Assembly: GCA_017654855.1 (NCBI GenBank)
Contig: CM030332.1
Span: 2,232,001-2,296,000 of the forward strand
DNA: 64,000 nucleotides
From: Podospora anserina
Taxonomy: Eukaryota
Direction of reading: 5' to 3'
Every line of letters begins with the position of its first letter. The stretch's first letter is position 1. The notes beneath the pieces are model-generated. The model worked only from the letters and a program-made list of their open reading frames with translations, did no database searches and was not told where the DNA came from. Shown here one piece after another: positions 1 to 11,047 of the stretch. The translations under genes were made by a program, and so were the position numbers.

Positions 1-4
1 ATAC

Positions 5-569
5 ATTATCTGTCAGCCAGTCGTTTCGGAGGGACCTAACATCCTCAGTCGTCACTAGAGCCTCAGTTAGATCTGGTTTGCTTGCCATAAGAGATCGAAA
101 AGTCGCAAAGTTTGGAAAACGTACGGCAGATGTCATAGTCTGGTTGGGATGGATTGTTAGCAGGAGAACACACCACGATGGGAGCAAGATAGAAGCACTT
201 ACATGATAGATACTGGGTTGAGCCCGATCCCAGCTGTGCATTGGTCAGTCTCCGTGAGGTCCTGGTAGAGTATCGAGAGATAGTAGCTGGACTGCTCGCA
301 CGCGCACTGCTTCGGCCCTTGGTCGTAGCAGTGCGAAGAGAAGACATGTCGGGCTTCTTGATCCTGGGCTCGACTTTCCCGGGTTGTCTGCCCTGTCTGC
401 TCTTGGTGCGGGGGTTGGTTGTGAGACGGAGATGGAATTTTTGGGCCTTGGATTTTGTACTGGCCATCCCCGTGACCCGGGAACTGGGGGGAGAAAATGT
501 TGATAAAGAAGGGGAAGTTCTGCTCACAGTATCCCCGAAACGCCTGGCCATGCTGTTTCGGAATCCCAT
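5..569 (-). CDS. denA: NEDD8-specific (Ulp1/C48 family) protease, SENP8/DenA-like; 5' part only, continues beyond the left edge
   Basis: Spliced exons 569-528, 233-203, 139-125 and 54-5 (GT-AG introns with branch points) give MGFRNSMARRFGDT-LGSGSTQYLSY-YDIC-LTTEDVRSLRNDWLTDN. This matches the YLSY.D..LT.EDV..L.NDWLTDN N-terminal motif of fungal DEN1/SENP8 proteases. The next donor (GTAT) is at 4-1. Confidence 0.85.
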
Positions 570-2518
570 GATCCTGGAAAAAAGGGGTCCGCGCGACGGA
601 GAAGAGGTGGTTGAAATAGATTCTGGGTCAGGTGAAGTTGACGCCGTTCGGCGGGGCTGGCCGGAGCTCCTTGAACCGCGGTAGGACTGGGAGGGCAGCG
701 ACGGGGAGGTGCTTCGCGAACGGAGCGATGAGGGGGGTAATACCGGTAGGGCGAGAGAGATGTCACTAGCGCCGTCGAGGAGAAGCTGTTCACGGGTTGC
801 GCGAGTGTGGTAGAGGAGTCGCGACACGTTGAAGCGTAGGGTGTACCAGTCAAAGGCAGCCGGGGGCTGCGAGGTCCTCGGTCTTCCGGCGCGGTGTTAA
901 CGACTACAGATTGTTATATACGAACAGACAATGCTAGCGCGATCTTCAAATGAATACGGAGTAGAGCGCGCGGTCAATGCGGACTGTGGGGTTGGCCAGA
1001 GAGCAAGAATTGCGCAGGCAGAAATCACAAGCGATGTAGAACCGAGTCTCGAAGTTTTGACGGGGTGCGGGCAGTGTGGGCTGCGGGACCGACCTTATAG
1101 AGGACCCCGCAGTTTTGTGGTGACTTACACGCACCTTTGAAGGCCAGCCATCGTGGCAGTGCGCTAGCCAAAATGCCCGTCACAGGCCGCCGCCTGTCGA
1201 TGCTGTCTTGTCTCCAGCGCGAGGCTTTCCGCAATTCCACAAACACTTTCTGGCTTCCTCTGGTCGGTGGTTTCTTTGTCCTCGTCGTGCAAAAGGACAT
1301 TTCCGGCTTCCCTCCAGATATCATTTTACTCCCGAGTCTCAAGTCTTCAGGTTCTGGAGTCGAGCGCAAAAATGATCGCAACTGTCAGATGCTCAGATGC
1401 TCAAACAGAAAGACGTCACCAAGTGATCTTGCCCGCGCTTGGCATGCCAAGCAGTTGCAGACAGAGATCAAGGACCGTGCCACGCCTGGATGGCGACAGG
1501 TGAATGAATCAGACAAATCGGCCGCCCGGGTGAATCTTGTGAAGACAACACACGTCACGGCCCACGTCGCGAGGCTGAACCGACCAAGTGTTTGACTGTG
1601 AAGTATCAGAGATGTGGTTGTCATTCAGCATCTGGACATTCGAAAGTCGTGAGAAGATCATTTGGTGTAAGGTATTCGGAGCTGGACTCGCAAACGTGAA
1701 GGCATGCAATCTCCAGAGCCAAGGTTGTTGTTTGTCGATGGGAAACAGCAATGAAGGAAACGGCAACGTATCCAAAACCTTATCAGGCTCAATGCCTCGG
1801 TGTTAACACTTCGCCGGTAACTTTGTGCAGCTGTCAAGTGTGCCCTAATCATGAAGGCGTAAGCCTCTTCACATGGGAACCTGTCTGACTCCCTGCAACA
1901 AACAGTTCTAGCCGGACGAAAAGCCAAAACACAATGTTTGGCTACCTAGAGATGGGATTGAGAGTATCAATATAGGTATGAAGGCTATAACCCTATTGTT
2001 CATCTAGAGGACACCACATAGCTATCATTTGCGGTGACTGGGCTTGACTGGGAACTCCAGGGAATGAATGGTATTAGACTCTCGCCTTCACAGTCCCAAC
2101 AGCCATACTGTGCGCCTCGTCGGTTTTTTATTCACTCATTCATTTTACGGAGGTGAAGATGTGTATTCACGCGTGATGCGGGTCTTTGGGAGCGTCTTGG
2201 GGAGGCATTCTGGAGCAGCTAACTGTATGTGTTGCTCCCATTCCCTCATCGGTGCTATTCAACTGATCCTGACGAATAGCTTCAATTGGAGCAACAGCCA
2301 TGTTCACTGCAGATTCAAGTTGCTCCCAGCAAAGCCCCAAGTGAATCAAGCTCACAGCCAGGCTCCTCAATCTGAAAGTACTATAAAGTGTGTCTTCTTC
2401 TCTCTGCCACTTGGCAAGCCCATCCTTCCTCTCCCCATTCAACTACCGTCTTCACCGTTAGCACTGAATGACCCAAATCACGATACAGAAACGATCCATT
2501 CATCAAACTACCATCGAA

Positions 2519-3175
2519 ATGTCGTCTACGTTCCTCTCTCGCAGTGCCCTTTCGGCCATCCGCCCAGCGAGCAACCAACCAGTCACCTCTCTTCCCAGCA
2601 TTAGAAGACTCAACTGTGTTACCATGGGTTTTGACGATGTCAAGAGATGGAAAGAGTGGAAAGCGAAGGAACTTTTGGTGCCCAATTCCCAGGACAACGT
2701 CTTCCACTTGAAGGTCTACTCTCCCATCAATAAAAGCCAGGTGTGGAACATCGACTATTCTGGTGTGTCTACCGGATCTCCGCCTCCTCCTCAACAGGCA
2801 TCTGCTCGTCTTCCCGTATCACTACTCCCGGCCAAAGTCCCTGTTCGCCGCCTGAGGGCCCAGAAGCAACTCTTGTCATATCATTATGAGTCACCGACCG
2901 GCGGGGGATCATCTACACCACAAAGATCTTCTTTCTCCACCACGTCCCAGTACATCACCTTTGAGACGCTCAAATCAGTCGAGAAAGGAGGCAAGGTCGA
3001 CTCCCATTCCGCCAAAGTCAAGAGCTCGTTGCGGAACAGAGTCCAGTCTCGCCCAAACACCGATGACGCGCAAGTTACAGGTACTCCCGACAACAAGCAA
3101 GACAAAGATGTCGATGCTGAGCTACCAGTCTTGCGATATCTGCCATTCTTCCTCGGTGGTGGTGGACCACTCTGA
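2519..3175 (+). CDS. hypothetical protein (218 aa, Ser/Pro/basic rich)
   Basis: Long uninterrupted ORF with ATG at 2519 in good context (GAAATGT) followed by a T/G-rich 3' region; no recognisable domain. Confidence 0.5.
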   Translation: MSSTFLSRSALSAIRPASNQPVTSLPSIRRLNCVTMGFDDVKRWKEWKAKELLVPNSQDNVFHLKVYSPINKSQVWNIDYSGVSTGSPPPPQQASARLPVSLLPAKVPVRRLRAQKQLLSYHYESPTGGGSSTPQRSSFSTTSQYITFETLKSVEKGGKVDSHSAKVKSSLRNRVQSRPNTDDAQVTGTPDNKQDKDVDAELPVLRYLPFFLGGGGPL

Positions 3176-3603
3176 GTTTGCGAGGCTTTCGCCTAAGGGT
3201 TTCCTACCATGAAGTTTCATAATAAATGATTCATGGTTAGGGTCGAAAACTTGGAGTTTTGTGGCTGAAGGCAAAAGATTGGGATTGGTATCCTGTGGAG
3301 CTTGGTTGGGATGGAGTTATGGCTTTTCACCCAGATTTTACACTTATGAGCGAAGGCGTTTAGAGGACCAGCAAGTGTTTTCTTCAAACGGGATTTCGAG
3401 TTTATGGGGTAGGTCGGGCTACTTCAGTTCAGCCAAATAGAAGGGGAAGTAGTAAAACCACATGCTGCTGGACGTACTGTTGAGGCTTGTGCATGAATTT
3501 GTGATAGTGATGAACTGGGCCCCAACAGGTCAGGGGAGGTTTCATCAAAAAAGAAAAGCTGCCTACGACAGCAAACATTTAAACCAGTAGAACACGAAGT
3601 AGT

Positions 3604-3852
3604 CACCCTGCCCACAAAATAATTGAGACACCAAATAAAGACCCCTCTTCACACGTCCTCCTCCCCAACCACACTCTCTAAGAGTCTAGGAAAATATTTT
3701 AAGGGTATAGTGCCACAGGCCTACTCCTGTTCAAAATTCGGAGGCCTTTGGCCACAGGACGGTTAAAATACGGTTGGTTAAAATTGGAGGTTCTTGTGTA
3801 AGTGACTGCGATTTGGGTGGTTTGGTGTCTCGATTAATTTGTGGGCAAGGTG
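3604..3852. mobile_element. MITE-like non-autonomous DNA element, 249 bp
   Basis: Terminal inverted repeats 3604-3635 and 3821-3852 match at 29 of 32 positions, with CAC...GTG termini. A direct repeat GTAGT lies immediately on both sides (3599-3603 and 3853-3857). No coding capacity. Confidence 0.6.
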
Positions 3853-4778
3853 GTAGTATAAGATACTTTGCCACAGTCTTCCCCATGTCAGCCCCTGGTA
3901 TGTCCCTTTTGTGTCATTCGCTCTTAGGGGGCGAGGAATGGGTTGGGGTACATTAGACAGTGCTGGGATTCTAAAGAAAATTGTCGATATCTAGCATCTA
4001 GAACTGACCGAGTTAGCCAAAAAGTCATGAAGTTGCAGAATCGAACCTTCCGGGGATAAGCACCGATAGTACCAAGGCTTTGTCCGGAACATTGTTAATC
4101 GAGAGCATGTTAAAGATATTGCTACCGACTCATTGATTCAACCTCGCAACGTGACTGCCACATATTGACGGAACCGGATTTTCTAAGAAAGTCTGAATCT
4201 ATTTCTCAGTGCCTTAGTCATGGTAGAGTAGGAAGTTGTTGGAGCTGGTGAAAGGTGGTTAAAGTTGGACGTTCATTAAGAGCATGCAGAAAATCCCGGA
4301 TTTCTCTTACCATTGGTCATGAGGAGCTAACTGCCACGGATTTTGGGAGGACCAGGAGCTCACGGTGCTTCAACAGCCACAGGCACAAATACGTACGGCT
4401 GTCAACCTGATAATTCTCCCGGAGATTTGAAAAATACGGCGACAAAGTCTCCGAGCCTCCAAACTAATGCTTTGTCATCGTGTTACTCGGAGTTGGGCTA
4501 AACCCGAATTCCAGAAAATAGGGTAGCGGACAGCGGATGAACCTTCAGTGGAAATGGCACCAAACCCCCACAAGTCCCGGCCCCGAAGATCCCTGCCAAT
4601 TACGTGGGCTCCGCTGTGCAACTCCAAACGCTTCCGGCAAGCCTGGGCCGGCAGGGGACGGGACAGCGAGACAGTTCTTATATAAACCACCCAGTGCTTG
4701 ATTTGCCATCACCATTGTGAATTGCGCCATCCATCAACCACCCAAACAGGTAATTAACTGTTGTGTAATACCACCAAC

Positions 4779-6119
4779 ATGTCTCCAAAAGCAGCTTCAA
4801 CAGCCACAGGTCTACTTGCGCCATCGAATCCGGAAACCAAAGAAGACACCGCTCTCTGGAGTTTGAAACATGTCCAAGTCCTCTGGTCCTGGGCCGCCAG
4901 ACCATCCAAGCCAACATATCCCCCCATCTCCTCAATCCCACCCACGCCGGCCACCCGTCTCCTCGAAGCCGATGCCGTGCCCACAACCGGCGAGCCCTTC
5001 CCGACCGAGCCAATCCTCACCAGAAACGCCCACCATGAGCCCTCCAAATCCAATACTGTCCTCTACCTCGCCTATGGCTCCAACATGTGCTCAAAGACCT
5101 TCCTGGGCATGCGCGGCATCCGTCCCCTAAGCCAAATCAACGTATCCGCCCCTTCTCTCGACCTAACCTTTGACCTGCCCGGTCTCCCATATCGCGAACC
5201 ATGTTTCGCCAACACCGCCCTGCGTAAACTCCCAGAACCTCCAAAACTGCCCCCCAAAGTCCCTGACATGCCCGACCTCCCTGACCCCCCAAAGATGCCC
5301 CCTTTCTCTTCCAGCAATCGACAGCGCAGACCAATCAACTGGACCAAAGGCCTCGTCGGCGTAGTCTACGAAGTAACGGCAGAAGACTACGCCAAAATCA
5401 TCACCACCGAAGGCGGCGGCGCAAGCTACCACGACATTCTCGTGCCATGTTTCCCCTTGCCAGCCACGATCGGCGTCCCAGAAAAACCCGACATTCCCGT
5501 CCCTCCCAGACCGTTCCTCGCGAGAACGCTCTATGCCCCACGCCTCCCAGATATTCCAGATAAGCCCCCGAAAGAAGACGATCGCAGCCCCACCAACAAT
5601 GACGACGGTGACGGTGACAGATGCCCCAAGCCTGAACCCCCCTCTTGGATCCAAAAATTCCTCCTCCCCGTCCGCCGCCCGCAAGCAAACTACGCCCAGC
5701 CCTCCCCCCGCTACCTCTCCCTCCTCACCACCGGCGCAGCAGAACACGACCTCCCCCAAGACTACCAAGCCTACCTCCAATCCCTCCGGCCCTACACCGC
5801 AACCACTTGCCTCCAGAAACTCGGCCAGGTACTCTTCCTCAGCTTCTGGGCCCCCTGGGTCATAACAGCCATGTTTGGGGGTCGGTTGTTCAGTGACGAG
5901 AAGGGCAGGGCGCCCAAGTGGGTCGTGGCAGGGACGACGGTGCTGTTTAATATCGTCTGGGCAAGTTACGATTACGTCGCCAAGCCCATCTTTGGGGACG
6001 GGGAGAGGACGCTCGAGGAGGAGGAGACGGACGGGCAGAGGAGTTGGGTCGGGGAACGGTGGGGGGGTGGGAGAAGGGAGAGGGGGACGGTGGACGAGAG
6101 GAGTGTTCTGTTGGCGTAG
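4779..6119 (+). CDS. GliK-like gamma-glutamyl cyclotransferase-fold protein
   Basis: YLAYGSNM motif, FDLPGLPYREPCFAN, GVVYEVT.EDY..II.TEGGG.SY, PS.RYL.LL..GA.EH.LP..Y and a C-terminal hydrophobic pair, all typical of fungal GliK homologues. TATA-like TATATAAA at about 4680. Confidence 0.85.
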   Translation: MSPKAASTATGLLAPSNPETKEDTALWSLKHVQVLWSWAARPSKPTYPPISSIPPTPATRLLEADAVPTTGEPFPTEPILTRNAHHEPSKSNTVLYLAYGSNMCSKTFLGMRGIRPLSQINVSAPSLDLTFDLPGLPYREPCFANTALRKLPEPPKLPPKVPDMPDLPDPPKMPPFSSSNRQRRPINWTKGLVGVVYEVTAEDYAKIITTEGGGASYHDILVPCFPLPATIGVPEKPDIPVPPRPFLARTLYAPRLPDIPDKPPKEDDRSPTNNDDGDGDRCPKPEPPSWIQKFLLPVRRPQANYAQPSPRYLSLLTTGAAEHDLPQDYQAYLQSLRPYTATTCLQKLGQVLFLSFWAPWVITAMFGGRLFSDEKGRAPKWVVAGTTVLFNIVWASYDYVAKPIFGDGERTLEEEETDGQRSWVGERWGGGRRERGTVDERSVLLA

Positions 6120-6733
6120 GTCATGGAGATGAAGAGAGTGGGAGTCCGAGGAAAGAAGTTCAAAGAGGGTGGATATCGAATATCATCCATCTTCCGAGGA
6201 CCAAGACATCTCGGAAAGCCATAGGCTGACGCGAGCGTCAGTTCAGTTTCTGTGTAAACAACGGTACATAATGTCATCTCAAAGTATCCAAGTTTCTAGA
6301 CAACGCTGGCGAGGAGTTTGGAGTTTTGTTTTTGTTTGTGTCACTTGGACATATGCACTCAATGCCAGCAAAGACACATTTATCTCTCTTCTCCACCGAT
6401 AAGCAATGCATTTTTGATTCGCCCAAAGAAATTGTATATGTTTGTAGCCATGAACAATCCCTACTTTCAGAAAAAAGAGGACAACATGTAGTCCATCATT
6501 ATCCCGTTATGCCAGAGCCATATGCAAACTGTCAAACCTTTGTTGGTACAAAGTATGCATTTCCCAGTCCCCAGACCCGATATCAACCCGGTCCTTGCGG
6601 CCCCTCCTCTTACCCGCCTATAAGGCAGGTTGAATACATGTTATTTTGACAGTACCAAAACTCAAAGACTTCCCATGAACCCGCCCGTCCCTCATGCCTA
6701 TGTCCTGGGTAAGAAAAAGATGACTTTTGAAAC

Positions 6734-7945
6734 CTAATTCTTTCTGAAGAGGCTAGGAATGTCATTAACATTGACCTTGCCGTCCAGAATGCCGTCGACG
6801 AGCCTGAACAGAGGATACTTGTCCTCGATACCGCGCGCCCTCAAGAAGCTGCTGACTTCGCGCGAGGTCGAAATGCCCTGCAGCTTCTGCCCGTTGAGCT
6901 CTGTACGCTCAATCTCCTGAATGGACACTCCGCGCTCAACCGCCATCTTGGAGTACCGCCAGTTGCGGGCAGCGGTGCAGCTGACAATCATGTCGCCCCA
7001 CCCGGCACTCTCCTCCCAGAGCGTTGCTGGCTGGATGGTCTCGGGGTAGAACTCGCGAGCGAACTGGATGATCTCCAACATGCCACGACGCATGACGGCA
7101 GTCTTGGCAGTCATGTTCCAGCCGTGACCCTCCACAAAGCCACAGGCAATAGCGACGATGTTCTTGAGCGCACCGCCAAGTGAGACACCCACCACGTCAG
7201 ACACCATCGAGACGGTGAAGTAAGGACGGCTGAAGAGTGTGTGAAGGACCTCGTGGTCCAGCGGGGGATAGTCTTCCGGGACGGGTGTGAGCTTCGTCTT
7301 GACAATCTGGCCACGAGAGTCGCGGTGCTCCTCGTAGGCCCCTTTGCCGTTGCCATTGGCTTGCCCGTTTCCGTTGGCCACGTGGCGGTCGCAAGGAGGT
7401 GTGTTGTAAGCAATGGTGGTCTCGCACCAGTTCTCGTTGGCAATTTCGCTGGCAATGTTGGCTCCGCTCAGGGCACCGCAATAAATCTCAAGCTGCTCGC
7501 CAATGAACTCGCAGATGAGTTCGATCTTGTCGTCGGTTACGGTCACACCCTTGATGCAGCTCACGCCGCGGGCATAGGGGAGAATCTTGCCCTTGAGTTG
7601 TCTGCAGATGTTGTTGATGAACTCGTGTGGAAAGTTGAAGATGAGAATGGTGGCGTCCTTGACAGCGTCCTCGATGCTGGGGTTGGCGATAAGGTTGGTC
7701 GGAAGGTTGATGCCTTCGAGGTACTTTGTGTTTTGGTGCTTTGTGTTGATGACCTCGGTCAGGTTCCGAGTCTCGCCGTCAACTCTCACCTTCTCCTCGT
7801 ACACCCACATCTGAACATCCTTCTCGAAAACATCTGGGTGCTCGCTCGTGCTCTCAGCGATGACCTTGCCGACAGTGGTGCCCCAGTTTCCGGATCCAAT
7901 CACTGCGACCTTGTGCTTGTGCGGAAAAGAGTCCGGTACGGTCAT
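6734..7945 (-). CDS. NAD-dependent glycerol-3-phosphate dehydrogenase (the frame stays open upstream to an ATG at 8416)
   Basis: VAVIGSGNWGTT nucleotide-binding motif, H.NTKYLEGI.LP, SCIKG, ALSGANIASE, GGALKNIVA, ELNGQKLQG. Confidence 0.95.
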   Translation of the reverse strand: MTVPDSFPHKHKVAVIGSGNWGTTVGKVIAESTSEHPDVFEKDVQMWVYEEKVRVDGETRNLTEVINTKHQNTKYLEGINLPTNLIANPSIEDAVKDATILIFNFPHEFINNICRQLKGKILPYARGVSCIKGVTVTDDKIELICEFIGEQLEIYCGALSGANIASEIANENWCETTIAYNTPPCDRHVANGNGQANGNGKGAYEEHRDSRGQIVKTKLTPVPEDYPPLDHEVLHTLFSRPYFTVSMVSDVVGVSLGGALKNIVAIACGFVEGHGWNMTAKTAVMRRGMLEIIQFAREFYPETIQPATLWEESAGWGDMIVSCTAARNWRYSKMAVERGVSIQEIERTELNGQKLQGISTSREVSSFLRARGIEDKYPLFRLVDGILDGKVNVNDIPSLFRKN

Positions 7946-10900
7946 TTTGGCGGATTGAGAGTGTGTCGTACGGCGGTGAGACGGCTGCTGCTTGTTGTTG
8001 AGAGTGAGAGGGGCAGCTAATGACACAGCGATGTTGGAATAGCCAAGCGGTGGAGCAAGACCAAGAGGGTCTAGATTGCGGCAGCGGAGCGGGGTTGGAC
8101 GAGGAGAGGGAGTGATGCCGCAGTGGTGATCGGGATTGGGATTGTTGAGGAGGTGAGATGAGAAAGCACGACTTTGCCGGCAAGTTCTGGCTTCGGGTGA
8201 GGGTCTGGCTTTGGCTTTGAGAATGGGGTACCGGGATGGGCCGCTATGCGAGTGGATATTCCGACAGGAAGAATGGGGCAGGTCCGGCGTCGAGCAAGGG
8301 AAGGGCGATAAGCGACAAGACTTGGGAATGGAACAAGCAGCAGAGAAAATGGTCCGAAGCAGCAAGCGAGGGATGTTGGGACTCTTCTTGTAGTCCGCTA
8401 GTCGTAATATCTTCATGAGCCAAAACAAAAGAGGCCGGGCGCGGGGACGGTGAGATGGGGCGGGGAGGGGGGGGTCTGGATTCAAATAGGGGACTTTTCA
8501 ACTGTCTCTGGCTGCTGGCTGTGTGTGTCTTTGTCAATCAGCTTGTGAACTGGTTCGATGACCGCCACTGGCCGGAATTGCTGCGACGCGGTTGGCCCAT
8601 TCCGAAAGGCATGACGCAAAGGGGGTTGCCAGGGAGGGCTTAATTGGCAGAAAATTGTTCACCGCCTGCCTCTTTTCCCTTCCATTTTTATTTTAGGTCG
8701 TGGCTGACAGCTCAGCGCGAGCTTGTGATTGCGGGCCTTCCGTAACCACACACGGCTCGCCTCGGCCATTGCCGTTCAAACCTCCGTTCACCGAGGTCGC
8801 CAAGCCATCTCGGCCATAATCGATATACAGAATCTCTCATTCACCGAGGCTCTTATCAACATATCAGACCTTATCTCCGTGAGGGCCTCCTCCTCGCTCT
8901 GGAAATATCCTCACATTGATCACAAGACTCTGCCGAGGCTTGAAGAGCAACAACTCCTGATAATGCGATAATTACCTGCCCATGCGCTGAGAATTTCTGC
9001 AATACAACCATGCCTCGGCCTTCAACACCAAGGCTGTTATCGCGAATACCACAGTGAATATGGCGATCGTTCCAATACGAGATGGTATCAACGGACCCCG
9101 GAGCACCGGATGCAGACCCAGGACTTGAGCCGCATCACTTGGACGTCCGTGACAGAATCCCCTCGTGCTGTAGCCAGGGTCGGGCCGCTGCTTGGACGCC
9201 GGTGTTGCTGGGACATGCGTCTCTGCAGGATCAGTACCTACAGGATGAATGGGGCTTCAACATGCACACATGGTGGAAGTGCATAAGCTCGCTGCCAAAC
9301 CATTCGCTTCTCGGGGTCGTCTGGAGTTGATATATAACACCACCACCGTTGGTACAGAATCAAAGTGGTGGTTGTCGAGTCAGAACCATCACCGTTGGAG
9401 GTCATCAAGGTTCACCATCGGCTGACCTCTGCGATTCTTTTGCGATCTCTCAGGTGTTGCTCGATCAGGACTTTGTCGACTTCCGACTCTGGATTTTGCC
9501 TAGGGAATAGGGCTCTTGCATAGGTACCCTGTTCTCGCTTTATCATTGAAACAAAGATCGATACCACGATGCTATCGTTCCAACAGTCCAAGATGTGCTT
9601 CGGTTTCGGTCACCTATAAGAGTTCCGAACAGCTACCTGTCGTGAGGCTTGTATGTTGCCAAGATGCCGCCGAGGACATCAACAGATCAAGTTCCAGCCG
9701 CAGCAGGGGGGGCCACGGGGCGGGGGTCAACAAGCGGTCTGGACTCTACGGCGTGCAATTCGCCAAGCCCCTCGATTCTGCGTGATGTCATCGAACATGG
9801 GCGCTGAGATGCGCTAAAACATGCGGGGCACCGGGCGACGCCTCTCCTAATATTTCTCACTCCGGCCTCGTCACCACCATCACCATCAGGCGGAAACAAC
9901 GCGGGATCGTTCAAGGGGAACACGGAAAGCTCCTCCGATAGACAAGTGGATGGCAGTTTGACACGGGTTTTGACACGCGGAACCACCGGAGCTCGTGAAG
10001 GAGGCTCGCCACCTATCACAATGTTTTGGGATCAAACCAAAACTGCCCCGCTATCGAGTCTCAGGAGGCTCGAAGCACCCACCATTTATATAGGGAACGG
10101 GCGAAAACATCGGACTCTCTCGGTGTCGGTGCTCACCTTGGAGCGGGATGGAAGAGATTCTGCTTCAGGTGCCGCTCCGATCGGGCTTGATGGATAGGTT
10201 GGTGCCATTGAAAATTGAAACCAACAAGGACCCCGCCGGGCCGCACTGTCGGTTGCCCGCTTGTGCCTGTCAATCTGACGACATTACAGTATTCTTGGAT
10301 ATCGCAGGCCCATGCATAGGCCTACGAGCCGGGGCGTTCTGCGCCTTTGAACTTCCATTTCCGTCTTTTCTCTCCAAGCCTCTGGACAATCCCATGGGAC
10401 CTGCAGGCTGCAGACAGCGGCGTAGGTTTCCAAGTGCCCTGTTACTGTTTGCTGCTCCCACAACCCCTGCCTCTCAGGAGGTTGAATAGGAATGGCTTCA
10501 CCCCATCCATGCCTTCCAACTTTTCTGCATCTGCTTTCTTCCCTGCATAGAGACCCCATACCCTTACAGTGCTGCTGTTCCCTGCTTTTCAGCTCTAACG
10601 ATCCAAACCCGCACGAAGCTGTCCGAGAACCACAGAACCAAGCTCCGCTAAGCTGCCGATTCCCTAGCGCCTCGCGATTGACACGCAGGCCAACCTAACC
10701 TTGGTGTCAGACGGTTCCGCCCACAGGTAGCAAACCAGCTTTCGACGTGGCTTGTCACGACAGGGTGTCGGACTACTCTTTCGAATCGTACTTAGCTCGG
10801 GGTAGAGCTCTCTCTGTGATGTCCTCGCGACTTCTGCGCTCTCTCTGCCTCTGTTTCTGTCTCATCTGGTGCTTTTCAGACAGAAGAAGGAGGTAGATCA

Positions 10901-11047
10901 TCTGCCTTTTTGGCCCCATTTGGACCCGACGCGGGGCAACGTCCATCACCATTGGTACCTTACGGATACCGTACCTCGACTAGCTGCATCTACAGCTCCC
11001 CTATTAGCTCCCAAGTTCGCCCCCCTTTTTTTTTCCCTTCTTTCACC

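Noticed and set aside
63-827. 254-aa minus-strand ORF as a single protein
   Set aside because: It reads through the 5' UTR and introns of the spliced DenA-like gene.
8420-11047. AGGGG/CCCCT STRE-like pentamers between GPD and GDB1
   Set aside because: Several are present, but a pentamer is expected often by chance in 2.6 kb of this composition; enrichment cannot be shown without computation.
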